Assembly (NCBI RefSeq): GCF_008831285.2
Contig: NC_045138.2
Coordinates: 23,002,001 to 23,066,000, forward strand
Direction: 5' to 3'
Length of the DNA stretch: 64,000 nt
Source: Nymphaea colorata
Lineage: Eukaryota
Every line of letters starts with the position of its first letter. Position 1 is the first letter of the stretch. Made by a program: the position numbers and the translations under genes. Positions 24,353 through 36,200 of the stretch are shown here, one piece after another. The notes beneath the pieces were generated by a model that ran no database searches, was not told the origin of the DNA, and saw nothing but the letters and a program-made list of their open reading frames with translations.

Positions 24353-25998
24353 CTGTATTCTTCAACTCATACATGCCATCATTTGTAATTCAAATGAATA
24401 GCATCTATGGAAATCTAACTAAGAACGTGTCGACAAATGCACCACTAGGCAGACCGCTTCTCTCGAAGCAACAGGATTGTGAATGAGAGACTCGTTAGAG
24501 CAGCTCTAAGGCCTTGAAAGATTATGGAAACTCAACAGCTTTCCTGTCCACAAAATAACATCAATATGTTACATACGGTAAGAGGCCTTACATTGATGTC
24601 ACAAAATAACATCAATATGTTACATACGGTAAGGCCATATATAATACCTGCATTAGATACCAAAATAAAAAAAAAATAAAGAAAAGAAAATAAATCCTTA
24701 CACAACAATAGGAAAAGCAAAATTGATGTTTCTTTGATTACTTTTCTTTAAAATATTGAGTTATTTGATGTTATGAAAATCCTTCGTTTCAGCTGAATGT
24801 GATGCCTAATCATCGCGCCCATCAAACTAACAAAAAGAAAAAGGAACAAAGAGGAAAAGTAGGTGAGAAAGTTAAGGGAAAAAAAAAAAGAAATTAGAAA
24901 ATAAGATTAGTTGAAGTTGTGTTTACACACACCACCGAGGGTTAGCTGGCGTAAGAAAAAGATCGCCGCAAAATCTATGGTTTCAACAGTGTTCTCTTGA
25001 AAGTTTTAGAAAGCCAGAAAACTAAGACAGCCAATTTCTAAAACTTTGTCAAATCCTATTCATAATGTTGATTTTCATGATTTGTTTTTGAAATTTTCTA
25101 ATTAAAATTTGCATGCATCTATAAGTAATTGGACTATAAACTTCTCATGGAAGTTGTGCAGGCAAAATAAAATCTTCCTTCCTCTCACCACTAGGGGGGG
25201 AGGGGGTTTCTGGATCTCCCTTAAAAGAAAGTAAAAAAATTACATACAAATTTTAAAAAATTTCATTTGGTTATATATAAAAATTTTGAAAAATGTTATT
25301 TTGACCCATGTTAAAACGTAGAAACTTTACTTCATCCATTTTTCAGTTTATATATATATATATATAAAATGGATGGGTATTCGCACATCCGTCCAAGAGC
25401 ATGCGTTGGTAAACGTTATCGGGACCTGATCAGATCGTGATGCCCCAAGTCCCCAAAATTCCCCATTTTGAACCACAACGCCAAGATATTAAAATATAAA
25501 AGATATCAGTTGTAAATGACCAAAAAAAAAAAAAAAAAGTGACAGAAAAGGATATCTATTCATACATGGATAAATTTTGACCCTTGGGATTTTACAATAT
25601 GAAATTATGCGTCTTCACTGGCAGACCTACCTATCCCCTATAAATTATTAAAAATGTAGGTGGGTTGGGCTATGGCATCTTCACCACATTGTACAGCTTT
25701 AGGCCAGAAGATGGAAGATGCCTTCCTCAATTAATGGCCAATTATACTAACCATCATCTGCCGGGCGGGCCCCTTACATCTCTTGCCTCTTCACATGATT
25801 CTTCTCCACACCAACTTAAAAAACAAAAAAAAATAGTGGTTCGGGTCACCCGATCAACGCCAATTTGGACAAGAATTTCGGCTGGTTGAGTTTGCTGTTG
25901 CAAATGAAACCGATTGGGATATTAGGATTTGGGTTCAATCATTGTTTGATACAAGCTTGATCACCGGCTTTGAGGGGTATAACGTAGTTGGTTGAGCT

Positions 25999-26438
25999 TA
26001 GGATGTCAACAGATCACATTGGAATCCGATAAACCCGTAAGTCCTTAACTATATCTGTTTTTTTTTATATTCACATATTTGAATTTTTATACAAACAAAA
26101 AAGAAAAAAGAGTCACATCTAAATCCAAATCTGAAATCAAATTTTACAATCCAAATCTGATCTAAATTCAAATTTTACATTCGTATATGAATCTGAATCC
26201 AAACTTTGAACCAAATTTGGTCGAATTTCAAAATGTTAGAGTATTAAATATATGATACTTATTTAAAAATAAATCAAATCTGAATCCACATCTAAATTTG
26301 ATTGGACATTTATGTATATCTAAATCTAAATCCGATTCGATGTGATTTCTTAAATCTGAATCTGATATGATTTCTTAATATTTATTTGGCATAGTTCAGT
26401 TGGATGTCTGGTCTAAATCAGATATATTGACATTTGTA
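25999..26438. mobile_element. hAT-type MITE (TAGGGATGTCAA family), decayed, opposite orientation to 17136-17478
   Basis: Termini TAGGATGTCAA / TTGACATTTGTA; AATCYRA-rich body. Confidence 0.7.
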
Positions 26439-26618
26439 ATTGGGTTAAGGGCATGTGAAAATGCATGTCCCTAGCTAGATTCCTATTAGCACTATACTTT
26501 TGCAGTTTAAGATAATCAAGTACAGTACTTAAGTTTAAGGGTACACCACTGCTATTAATGCAACCTAAAAGTAAAAGAATTGAGCGCCCTTCGGGCCTCT
26601 CTTTCAAGCGGTGGGTTG

Positions 26619-26777
26619 TAGTGGCATAGCCACATGGTGGCTGGTGCGGGCAGTTGCCCACACCAGCCTCACAAAATTAGTTTAATATATTTGATTGTTA
26701 TACATGTAAGTGCCCCAAAGAAATTATAGGTATTGAATGAGTGCCCACACCAGAAAAAATTTCTGGCTCCGCTAGTG
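26619..26777. mobile_element. hAT-type MITE (CAGTGGCGGAGCC-like family)
   Basis: TAGTGGCATAGCCAC...GGGCAGTTGCCCACACC...TTCTGGCTCCGCTAGTG; same architecture at 62133-62313 and 62864-63042. Confidence 0.7.
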
Positions 26778-27398
26778 GTGCTTGTTAATGTCTTGCTCAC
26801 CTAAAACAAAAATTTAAATGCGGATAAGCATTAATGTTGGTAGTGAATATTAGGGAGGTGCATGGCTGATAAAAGCTTGGTTCCTGGTTTTGAGAAGGTG
26901 TAGGACAAAGTTGATTAAAGAGAAGGAATTAGGATCGCAGGTAGGTGAGGTATCTGCTTTCGGTGGAAAGAATCATCTGAGAAGGAAGATGAAAAGAAGA
27001 AGAAGGCAAAAGCAGTGATTGCCTTGGCAGCATTAGGGCAATGGGAGAGTTGGCACCAACCAACCCAAGGATGGCGGCCCTCGCTGTGTGCCCTTTGCTT
27101 CTGCTCATTGTTCTTGCCTTGTCCCTTTGTGAATGCTGCTTTCCTTCTCTGTCTCTCTGCTTTCAATATTTTAAATGCGTTTTTGGTATCTTGCGGTTAC
27201 GTTGTTAAAAAAGTTTGTTGGTCCGTTCAGCTGCGTCAGAAACCTTTTTGTGCATGTTGACAGCTGGTGATAAGTGATACCTTTGCCAGTATGTGTATTC
27301 GTTCGCTTGCATAAATATATAATTTTTGTTATGACGTATCAGTCTCTTACCGGCCGTCATCCACGGTACTGGCCTCTCGGACGTGAAATATTGCATAC

Positions 27399-27438
<40 letters not shown>

Positions 27439-29131
27439 TCGGCCGTCCAATTTCTACAGGCAGATGTTTTTATATTTTATGACAACAATTGATTGACCAC
27501 AGTTTTTAGTCACAAAATATACCATTTGTGATTATTTTTAATGTTGCAAAATAAAAAAATTATCCCGTTTTTTAGCGATGGTATTCAAGCTAATATAGCA
27601 CCATGCTTTGGTTAATTTTGTAAATTACACAATCAATTATCATGATCAGAAGACACATCATCCTTGAGGAATCTTGAGTGGTTAGCTTTCAAAAACTCCA
27701 CATAACAATTAGATTGGGAATGTATGGCTTTGGAGATGTTTGTAAATGCAAAATACTTGGAGCGAAGCATGACAGGGGTGGGAAACAATATATCTGCCAA
27801 CTAAAGTGTCACATATCCATCATTTGTTGTCAACATGAATGATGCATGTCCACATGAATCAAATTAGCAACCGGCTTTTCACCAGTCCGTCAATCCGACC
27901 AGCTACGCTACACCCTTTAGGGCCTCAGCTAAAATTGGAGAATGGTCTGACTTACATTTGCGGAGTTATTAAACAAATATGGTGAATCTAAAAGGACACC
28001 CAGGGCGGCCAGTTGATCTCACTCCCAAATGAGAACACAATGTGATTTTCTCACCTTCCTCAACTTGCACGTCAGTAGTTTCCTTTTTGCATGACAAAGA
28101 GTTAATGACTCAAAGATTCAAAATGAAAGCTAGCCGCCTATCAGGCGCCCCTCATCTATTGCACCAACCCCCTTGGAAACATCACAGTAACTTAGTAACT
28201 TATTGAATCTCAGACTTAAAACCCACTGAGATGCAACCATTGCCTTGTTCTTAGCACCACAAAGATCTCTTTTTCCTTCATTTTACATAGTTTCAAATTA
28301 GGACTTAAATCACCATGGGCCTGGCGTCACTAACAGGGAAGGAGGCCTGGACCCTCCGAAAACTGGTAGGCACTAATTGTTAGGTCTTTTCAGATCTGAT
28401 TGCGTTTTTGGCTCCGCCCCGGATTTAATCTGCATGCCCAATTAATGCCTCCTTTTCGTTACCTTGTTATAAAGCATATGCCCCAGGACTGGCATTAGCC
28501 TGTGTTCGGTTTTGGATCTGATCTAAACTTAATAAGTTCGTTTCCTGATCCAAAACACTTTCTGATATAAACATGGCCTCTGAATTTTTACTTGAAGCAT
28601 GCAATTATCAAGATTCGAACGTTAGACCACTCGGCTTTATATTTCAATGCATTATGCATCAGCTTTCATGAAATTCCATCATGATATCAATCTGATAAAT
28701 CATTCTTACTTGCTTACTTGCTGATTCTCAATACATCACAAACTATTAACTCCTCCGAACTCTTTAAGGAACTTCTGGATTTTTCATAATTTTCATATAG
28801 CGTCTCATGTTTCCTAAATTTAGCTGGAACGTGCTAGAATCAAGGAAAATCTTTTAGCTGCTCATTAATGACACGGTATTCACTTCGAATGTTGGGAAAT
28901 GGGAAATATCTTATTAATTAATGTTCCCACTATCGTATTGATTAAATCAAGATCATAGGATTAATTAAAAATTTAAAACTTTTGGTTATAGTATTTTTTT
29001 TAGGGTGAGTGGTTCATTCCCTGTACAGAGGCCACTATCCCTCATCTTTGCTTGTTCCCTGAGTTTTCACAGAGCATGCTTTAAAACCTTTTACGGTTTA
29101 GAAAAAAAGTGCATTAGAATGTAACAGTAAC

Positions 29132-29334
29132 CAGGAGCGGAGGGAGGGGGGCCACCCGGGCCATGGCCTGGGTGAGCCCAAGAAATTTTCTTTTTTTTTT
29201 TTTTTACATTGAAAAAATCAAATTTTTTTAGTTTGGCCCGACCGGTCGCTCCTCGTCGCTCCTCTTAGCCCGACTTTGGTCCGGCCCGCAAATCGTCTTG
29301 GCCGACCCTAGAAAAAATCTTGGCTCCGTCCCTG
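29132..29334. mobile_element. hAT-type MITE
   Basis: TIR CAGGAGCGGAG / CTCCGTCCCTG; perfect 8-bp TSD ACAGTAAC (29124-29131, 29335-29342). Confidence 0.9.
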
Positions 29335-29543
29335 ACAGTAACCACTTCAAGGCTCGAACTTGAGTTCTACCACCTTGCCACCTAATATGCTACCACTTCT
29401 AAGGGTTTTTTTGACTAATAGTTAAGCTATCACAACATCATTACTATTGTTCATGATTTTGAGTTTATCTCAAGCAATGAAGTCCTCTCATTACTCCAAT
29501 GCTTGGCTCCACTCGCCTGAAACCGCATAACAAGCTGAAAGTT

Positions 29544-29646
29544 CATACATTTTGCTGAGAAAATGTTGAAAATTATGCATGGGCTACACCTTACTCATAC
29601 ATTTTGCTGAGAAAATGTTGAAAATTATGCATGGGCTACACCTTAC
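29544..29646. repeat. 53-bp perfect tandem duplication
   Basis: CATACATTTTGCTGAGAAAATGTTGAAAATTATGCATGGGCTACACCTTAC occurs twice. Confidence 0.9.
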
Positions 29647-30318
29647 CCTTGTCAAAAAATTCCATCCATGAGATTCAAAACTTTCAAGAAAAAAAGGGAG
29701 TTCATGGATCTTCTATCAGCTTCTAGATCTCAAACAGACTTGTCAATACCATATTTTAGCCATCGTCCCTAAGTCACATGGATGCCGGAGATTGATTCCG
29801 GTACCGGTGTCAACACGCCAACACGGTGACATGTGTCAACACGGCAACATGAGTACAAGGACACACCGTGATACTTTGGATTAGACCTAGGTCAGACTTG
29901 ATCCAAAACACATTAAACATTTTTTCTTTTAAACAAAATAGATGAATTTTTGTGGGCGTTTATGTGTGTGTATATATATACATATAGTATTATTAGTATT
30001 ACTGTACTCACATTTTCTAAAATTTTTATACCCGTACTCTTTGTCGTACCATACCTCATACCATGCCCATATCCATGTGGCTTAGGACCATACCTGTACC
30101 TCTTGGAGGGCATGGTCCTCGTGTTAAATTATATGAAATGGGTCCAACACGTAGGTAAGATACTTTATGAAATTGCTCAAACAAAAGTTGTAAACATATG
30201 AGACAGTTTTGGACCGAAAATAATTACAATGAATTGCGACTCCACCTGAGTGAATTTTGGATCCGATCGTTATGTAAAGTTTGGCATGTGGAATTAGGTT
30301 CCACACATGGACAATGGA

Positions 30319-30321
<3 letters not shown>

Positions 30322-30396
<75 letters not shown>

Positions 30397-30710
30397 TTTA
30401 GGGTAAGAGACAAAAACTAGACCTATTCAAATTAGTTAAAGAAAGATTTGATGAGAAACATATATTAAGTTGATCGTTTTTTTATTTAAATAATATTTTT
30501 TAATAGTGAAAAATGAACTGCTCTTATAACATCAAAATTTTGAAAGTACAAAGTTCTATTATTTTTACAAAAATGACTTGAACTAAATCATGAACTATAT
30601 TAAATTAGTATTTATAAACACATTAGAAGGTTCATATTTTGTTTAAAATATTTTTTAACATGGAAAGAGGTCTGGTTTTTATCCCTTACCAAGTGGTCAC
30701 ATATGTACCA

Positions 30711-30789
<79 letters not shown>

Positions 30790-30981
30790 GTGAATGATGA
30801 GTTTGGTTATCTAGAGTTATCCAATCATCTAATCAAGACCATCCATGTAAAGCAGATGGACGATTGAGAGAAAAACAAGGAGAAAATTTCGTAAACTAAT
30901 ATTAAATTATGAAAATGCACATCCTTTTTTTCTCATTATTTTTCTTTTAACCGTCCATCATATGGAATCAGATGGTGTTTG

Positions 30982-31020
<39 letters not shown>
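30322..31020. repeat. Three long (TA)n tracts separated by two foldback (MITE-like) inserts
   Basis: (TA)n at ~30322-30394, ~30716-30785 and ~30983-31020. Insert 1 has IR GGTAAGAGACAAAAACTAGACCT / AGGTCTGGTTTTTATCCCTTACC (30402-30690). Insert 2 has IR GATGGACGATTGAGAGAAAAA / TTTTTCTTTTAACCGTCCATC. Confidence 0.8.
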
Positions 31021-31024
<4 letters not shown>

Positions 31025-32008
31025 CTCAAAGTGGAGATAGTTGAACACTTTTTAAACTACTTTTAAAACCCTTAAGAAGCTTACATGGTTACATCTCATA
31101 CTAGTTATATTGATTCGAAGCATTTTTAAACTTTGAACTGGGCTGGCTAATGGGAAGGTTGTAATCCAACTGTTAAATAACGTGCAGCAAAGAACTTTCA
31201 ACTCAGAAGAAAGTTCAAATTATCTACTATGCATCAGCTAGACAATTTACTACATAAAAATCATGCTTCGTAGCAATTGAAACATAAAATCAAATAAAAT
31301 ATTTCGTCCTTACAAAAGATCAACCAAAGTAAAAGCTGAAATAAGAAAATGACAATCAACATGGTTCTTGAAATCTAGCTAGCTAGTTCCTACACGTGAA
31401 AAAAAAATACCAATAAACCTTCTTTGTGAACTTATTTGCGAACTTCGAATGCACACGAACAGGGTAATAGATTATGTTACTTTCACTTTTCAATCTTGCA
31501 GTTTGATCACATGCATCATCAATAAATCGTTTACGATTCTCTTCCCTCTCTCTCTCTCTCTCTCATCCTGGCTCTTTCACATAAACATACAAGCATACTT
31601 ACCTCAAACCTTGATCAATATGCACAGTCTGTATGCCTTAGAATAAAAACCTATCATAATCATCGATCTAAACTTATATTCCTAAAGAGCTGTTTGCCAA
31701 CAGTAACACTGCCTCATGAATCTTTACTAAAAAATGATACAACTCATAAAAAACCGCAACAAACAATTCTTGAATGAAGTATTCAACTCTAGGGATGAAT
31801 AAAAAAAGATCTCTTTATTGGTTCTATCTTATATTTTTGATGAATAAAATGAATCTTTTTATCGAAGGATCAGAAAAAAAAAATGGGTTCTGGATCTCCT
31901 GCAGGAATGGTTTGAAAGACCCAAAACCCAAAATAGTGGTATTTGCTAGCAACAACATAATGGAAGCAGTCAAACAATATAGATTGATCTGAAATCTGTT
32001 ACTGTCTC

Positions 32009-32210
32009 ATGAATTTTTATTAAAAAATGATACAATTCATAAAAAACCGCAACAATCTATGAATCTACTCTATTTTTGTAAGAAAGATTTGTGAGATGGT
32101 AACAATATGTATGAATCTTTATTAAAAAATGATACAATTCATAAAAAACCGCAACAATCTATGAATCTATTCAATTTTTGTAGGAAAGATTTGTGAGATG
32201 GTAACAATAT
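32009..32210. repeat. ~100-bp tandem duplication within MITE-like sequence
   Basis: ATGAAT.TTTATTAAAAAATGATACAATTCATAAAAAACCGCAACAATCTATGAATCTA...GAGATGGTAACAATATGT occurs twice; a related partial copy lies at ~31715-31760. Confidence 0.85.
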
Positions 32211-33229
32211 GTCACTGATCGCCTCCTCAATAGGAATAATTTATTACTATTCTATGATATGTCTCAACAAATACTATAACATGATAATTCATGAATCTGC
32301 CTCATTTGTTAAGATAGATTTACGAAACAATAATAAATTATTACTATTATCAAACACCCTTCTTCTTTCGATAAATCAAGCAGAGTCTGACCTTAATCCG
32401 TTTATAGTTTTCAATTAATCCGTCTATAGTTTTCAATTAATCCGTCTATAGTTTTCAATGAACGCACAAGCAGGGATGAGGGTGTTCTTTGGCGGCCTGG
32501 ACCTACGTGAACCGACCGCTCAGGTCTCCAGCCAAGTTCTGGCTGGGATTCTGACCCGCTTGATTCGGACCTGGTCCGACCCGTTTACGGCCATGAAAGA
32601 AATCCGGGCGTATATCCAGAGCGAGGGAGAACGAGAGGTTCAAATTAGGCGCCATATCTTCCTGGCCCCTGAGCAGGATGGCCCTCCTTTCCAGATTCTT
32701 CTGATTTCCAGATCTTCTTCTTTCGTGATATGGTTCATGAAAAATCAATCAATATAGAGCACAATCCATGAAAATATCGTGGCTTTACGTTTCCCTGCCA
32801 AACAGGTCCTAAAACGACCTTGAAGGATCCCCAAAAAATCTGAAAAAAAAACCTGAATTTCCTTTCATCTTTCAGCTCCGATGTCCCAAATTCCTCTCTG
32901 AATTCCTGATTTCGAAGCAACCCTAGTTCTGTGCACTAGATATTGAAGGATCCCGTTCCACAATCCGGAATACTGGAGGCAACCCAAGCTCGATCGATTC
33001 TGAACCCCGTTCTATTCCTCTCTGTTTTCTTTTCCGTTCTTCAATCACTATTTTTTTCTTTTTTGCGAAAATGAATTGAGCACCAGAACCTGGACTTCAA
33101 TCCGCAAGGAATCCCGAATTCCATTTCCAATCCGCGAACGCGGAAATCGCGATTCCAGAACCTTGATTTTGTGAGTGAAGCCTGGTTTCAAGAACCATAG
33201 GGTTTTGAATCAATTCCCTTCTACCTTCG

Positions 33230-36200
33230 ATGACTACTGCGTCCATTCTGGAATCGATTCAGCTGGTATCCATCTCCAGAAACCCTTCTATTTCTGCCAA
33301 GACATGGAATCCTTTGCCTCCCAGACCGTCCCTCCTCCTACGTGTCAAGCCTTTGAGAGTCAGGGGGGTTCCCAGATTGAGGGTTCAATGCGTGAAGTGT
33401 GATGGCGTGAGTTCCGGGAAGAGAGAAGAGACCCTTGTCGAGGGTGCCATCAAATTGGTTAGAAAAGCCTTAAATGGTTTCCGAAAACCGGCAATGGTTC
33501 TTGTCGTCGTCGGGCTCCTGCTCAGCTACAATCCTAGCTCCTCCCTTGCGGCTTCTGGAGGACGGATGGGGGGCCGCTCGTTCTCGGCGCCTGGTCGGTC
33601 GTCTTCCTACAGCTCGAGGAGCTATTCGGTGCCAAGTCCGGGGCTTTCGTACTCTGTTCCATATGCGGCGCCCTCACCATTTGGATTCGGTGGTGGAGTC
33701 TATGTTAGTCCGGCGGTTGGGTTTGGTTTTGGTGCGGGCTCCGGGACGTTTCTGCTATTGATGGGTTTTGCAGCGTTCGTTTTGGTTTCTGGGTTCCTTT
33801 CAGATCGGTCGGACGACAGCGTGCTAACTGCTACGCAGAAAACCAGCATCCTTAAGCTTCAGGTATGGCTGGATAACATGATTTCCTTCTCGTTGCAATC
33901 TTTGTATTTGGTTTTTGTTTATTTAACGTACTTTGTTACCTTAGCATGACCATTATTTTGTTCATTCTGCTTTCGTTTCTGTTTTTTATATTTTTTGTGT
34001 CTGATTCTTGGGTAATCATGCTAAGTTATTGCAAATGACACATGATGCTAGTTTTCTGTCTTGGCTTTTTTCGTGGTTAAAAGTTTATTTATTTAGTTGA
34101 ATAATGAAAAGTATAAGATGGCTTTGTTTTGAGAAGTTACATTGTCGACTTTTCCATAGATATCAACTCTTCCGCGTCCGAACTTGATTTTGTGATGCAT
34201 AACGAATGACTTTTGTTTTATTAGGTCGGCTTGCTGGGAATGGCCCGATCATTCCAAAAGGATCTGGACCGCATTGCTGAAGCGGCAGATACATCCTCGC
34301 CCGAGGGGTTGAATTATGTGCTCACAGGTAAAACTTGAAAATGCTGGAGCTAAATCTTATCCATGTATGCATGGATTCGACATTTTTCACTAGATAAATT
34401 CAAGGTTTGTTGGTTAAAATTTTGGAGGATTTTTTCTTGATGGCTGTTCTCCATGATTTTCTTGCTTCATCTGCTAATTCTAAGTTTCCAAGGTTGTGAT
34501 GTCATCTCAAAAAAGTAGCAATGGGTGATCAACATGATTGCCTGCTTTTTGCTACTAGGTGTAAGCTAGAATTTATTTGTCTCCCAGCTGACTGATGCTC
34601 CTGATGAATACTTCTTATCTTTAAGAACCCACATAAGATCTGCATGGACAGTCCCAATAACGTTCAAATCCTCTGGACAACCAAGAACACAGCAGTAAAT
34701 TTAGAAGTTAAGTTAATGATCCGACCTTTAGAAGAGTCTCTTTGGTAAGTGTTTGCAGGGAAAGAAGGAGAAAGAATTCGTTGGATTGTGGTTCTCACAA
34801 CTTCGATAATTCAAACATCTTGAGATCTACAGAAAAAACTTCATCCATACTTCCGAAACAGGTCCATGTCTAATGTCTATTGTAATTTGTACCCATTCTT
34901 CATTTCTTCTCATAATCTATCTGCGTATTTTAATTGTCAAAAAACCATGATATTATGATGTTAATTTCTTAAATATTTTTTAAATATCACTCATCATGTT
35001 ATCTTGTCTCTTCCATCAATTTGTTTTGTTTACCTTTTCAATGAGCAGTGACATCATGATTCATAAGCTGTGAATGCTAACATTGTATTTTAGTTATAGT
35101 TGTTTTGGGTTCAATCTTCGCTTGCTCATTGTCATGCATTAATTCATTTTAACTAGTTTTTGTTTTAAGAAAATTTTCTACACTAGTACATCTTATAATC
35201 ATATTTCAAAGGTTGTTCTTTCTTTGTTCTCAAAATGGGTCCTTCCCTTCTTAACTAAGGCAAAGAGCCTAGGGTCCTCCTCCGTTGAAGGAACTAACAG
35301 AAACCAAAAGTGCATATAACAAAAATCTTTTGCCCTATCTTTAGTGATGGATTTAGATAAAAGACAAATATAAGGATGGTTTCAGAGAACACCTAATAGT
35401 AAAGTTTCTAGGACCAGTTTACTCTTATTTGAAGGACTACATTGGATTGAAAATGAACTTTATGCACATTCTGTTTACTGATTTTCATTTCCACTCCTAC
35501 GATTCTTTCATTATTTATTTTGTGTAAAAGGGGTCAATTGAGCAATGAGAAGAGTAATATACACGAGGGTAGGTGCTACTTCACATAAGAGGTGGATGCT
35601 GCTCACCTTGATGTGTGCTTTTGTTATTTAATTTCTGCAAGTCAAGGTGGGGCCATAACCACAGGTATCGTGTTTTTTTTTTCCTAAAAAAAAGTGTGAT
35701 ATTAACATTGAAAAAGAGAATTAAAAAAAAAACTGTGAAATAAATTTAACACATTATTATCACATTATTTTTGTGTTTTGATGCCTATTGCTAAAGCTGT
35801 TTGCATGAAGGGCATTGTTGCCATTGGAAAAATGTTTAAGAATGATTTCTTAATGTCTTCTTATTAGTTTCTCATTTATTTTATCTTTTCCTAATTTTAG
35901 GATTTTTTCATTTTTAAGAAAATTGCCAAGGTTACCTAAAAAGACGTGCCATTAAAAGCTCAAAAATGATATTTGTGGCTATTGTGGGGACTTGTTACCG
36001 AGAGCCACATATGGCTCTGCCCCTTGTCAAATGTGGCACTAGCAAAATATTCCATCCTTATAAACATGATAGTTCAATCGGAAGTATTCATAGACAATTA
36101 TCAAATAATTGCATAGTCACATCACCATAAGGAAAACTCCTGGGGATTCAATATAAATAAATAATTTGTGCCTTACAGTTTTTTTATTTGGTTAGCATTT

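Noticed and set aside
27034..27055. TAGGGCAA...TTGGCA resembling an IPS1-type miR399 mimic or a miR482/P-loop motif
   Set aside because: The central bases do not pair with miR399, and there is no NB-ARC reading frame around it.
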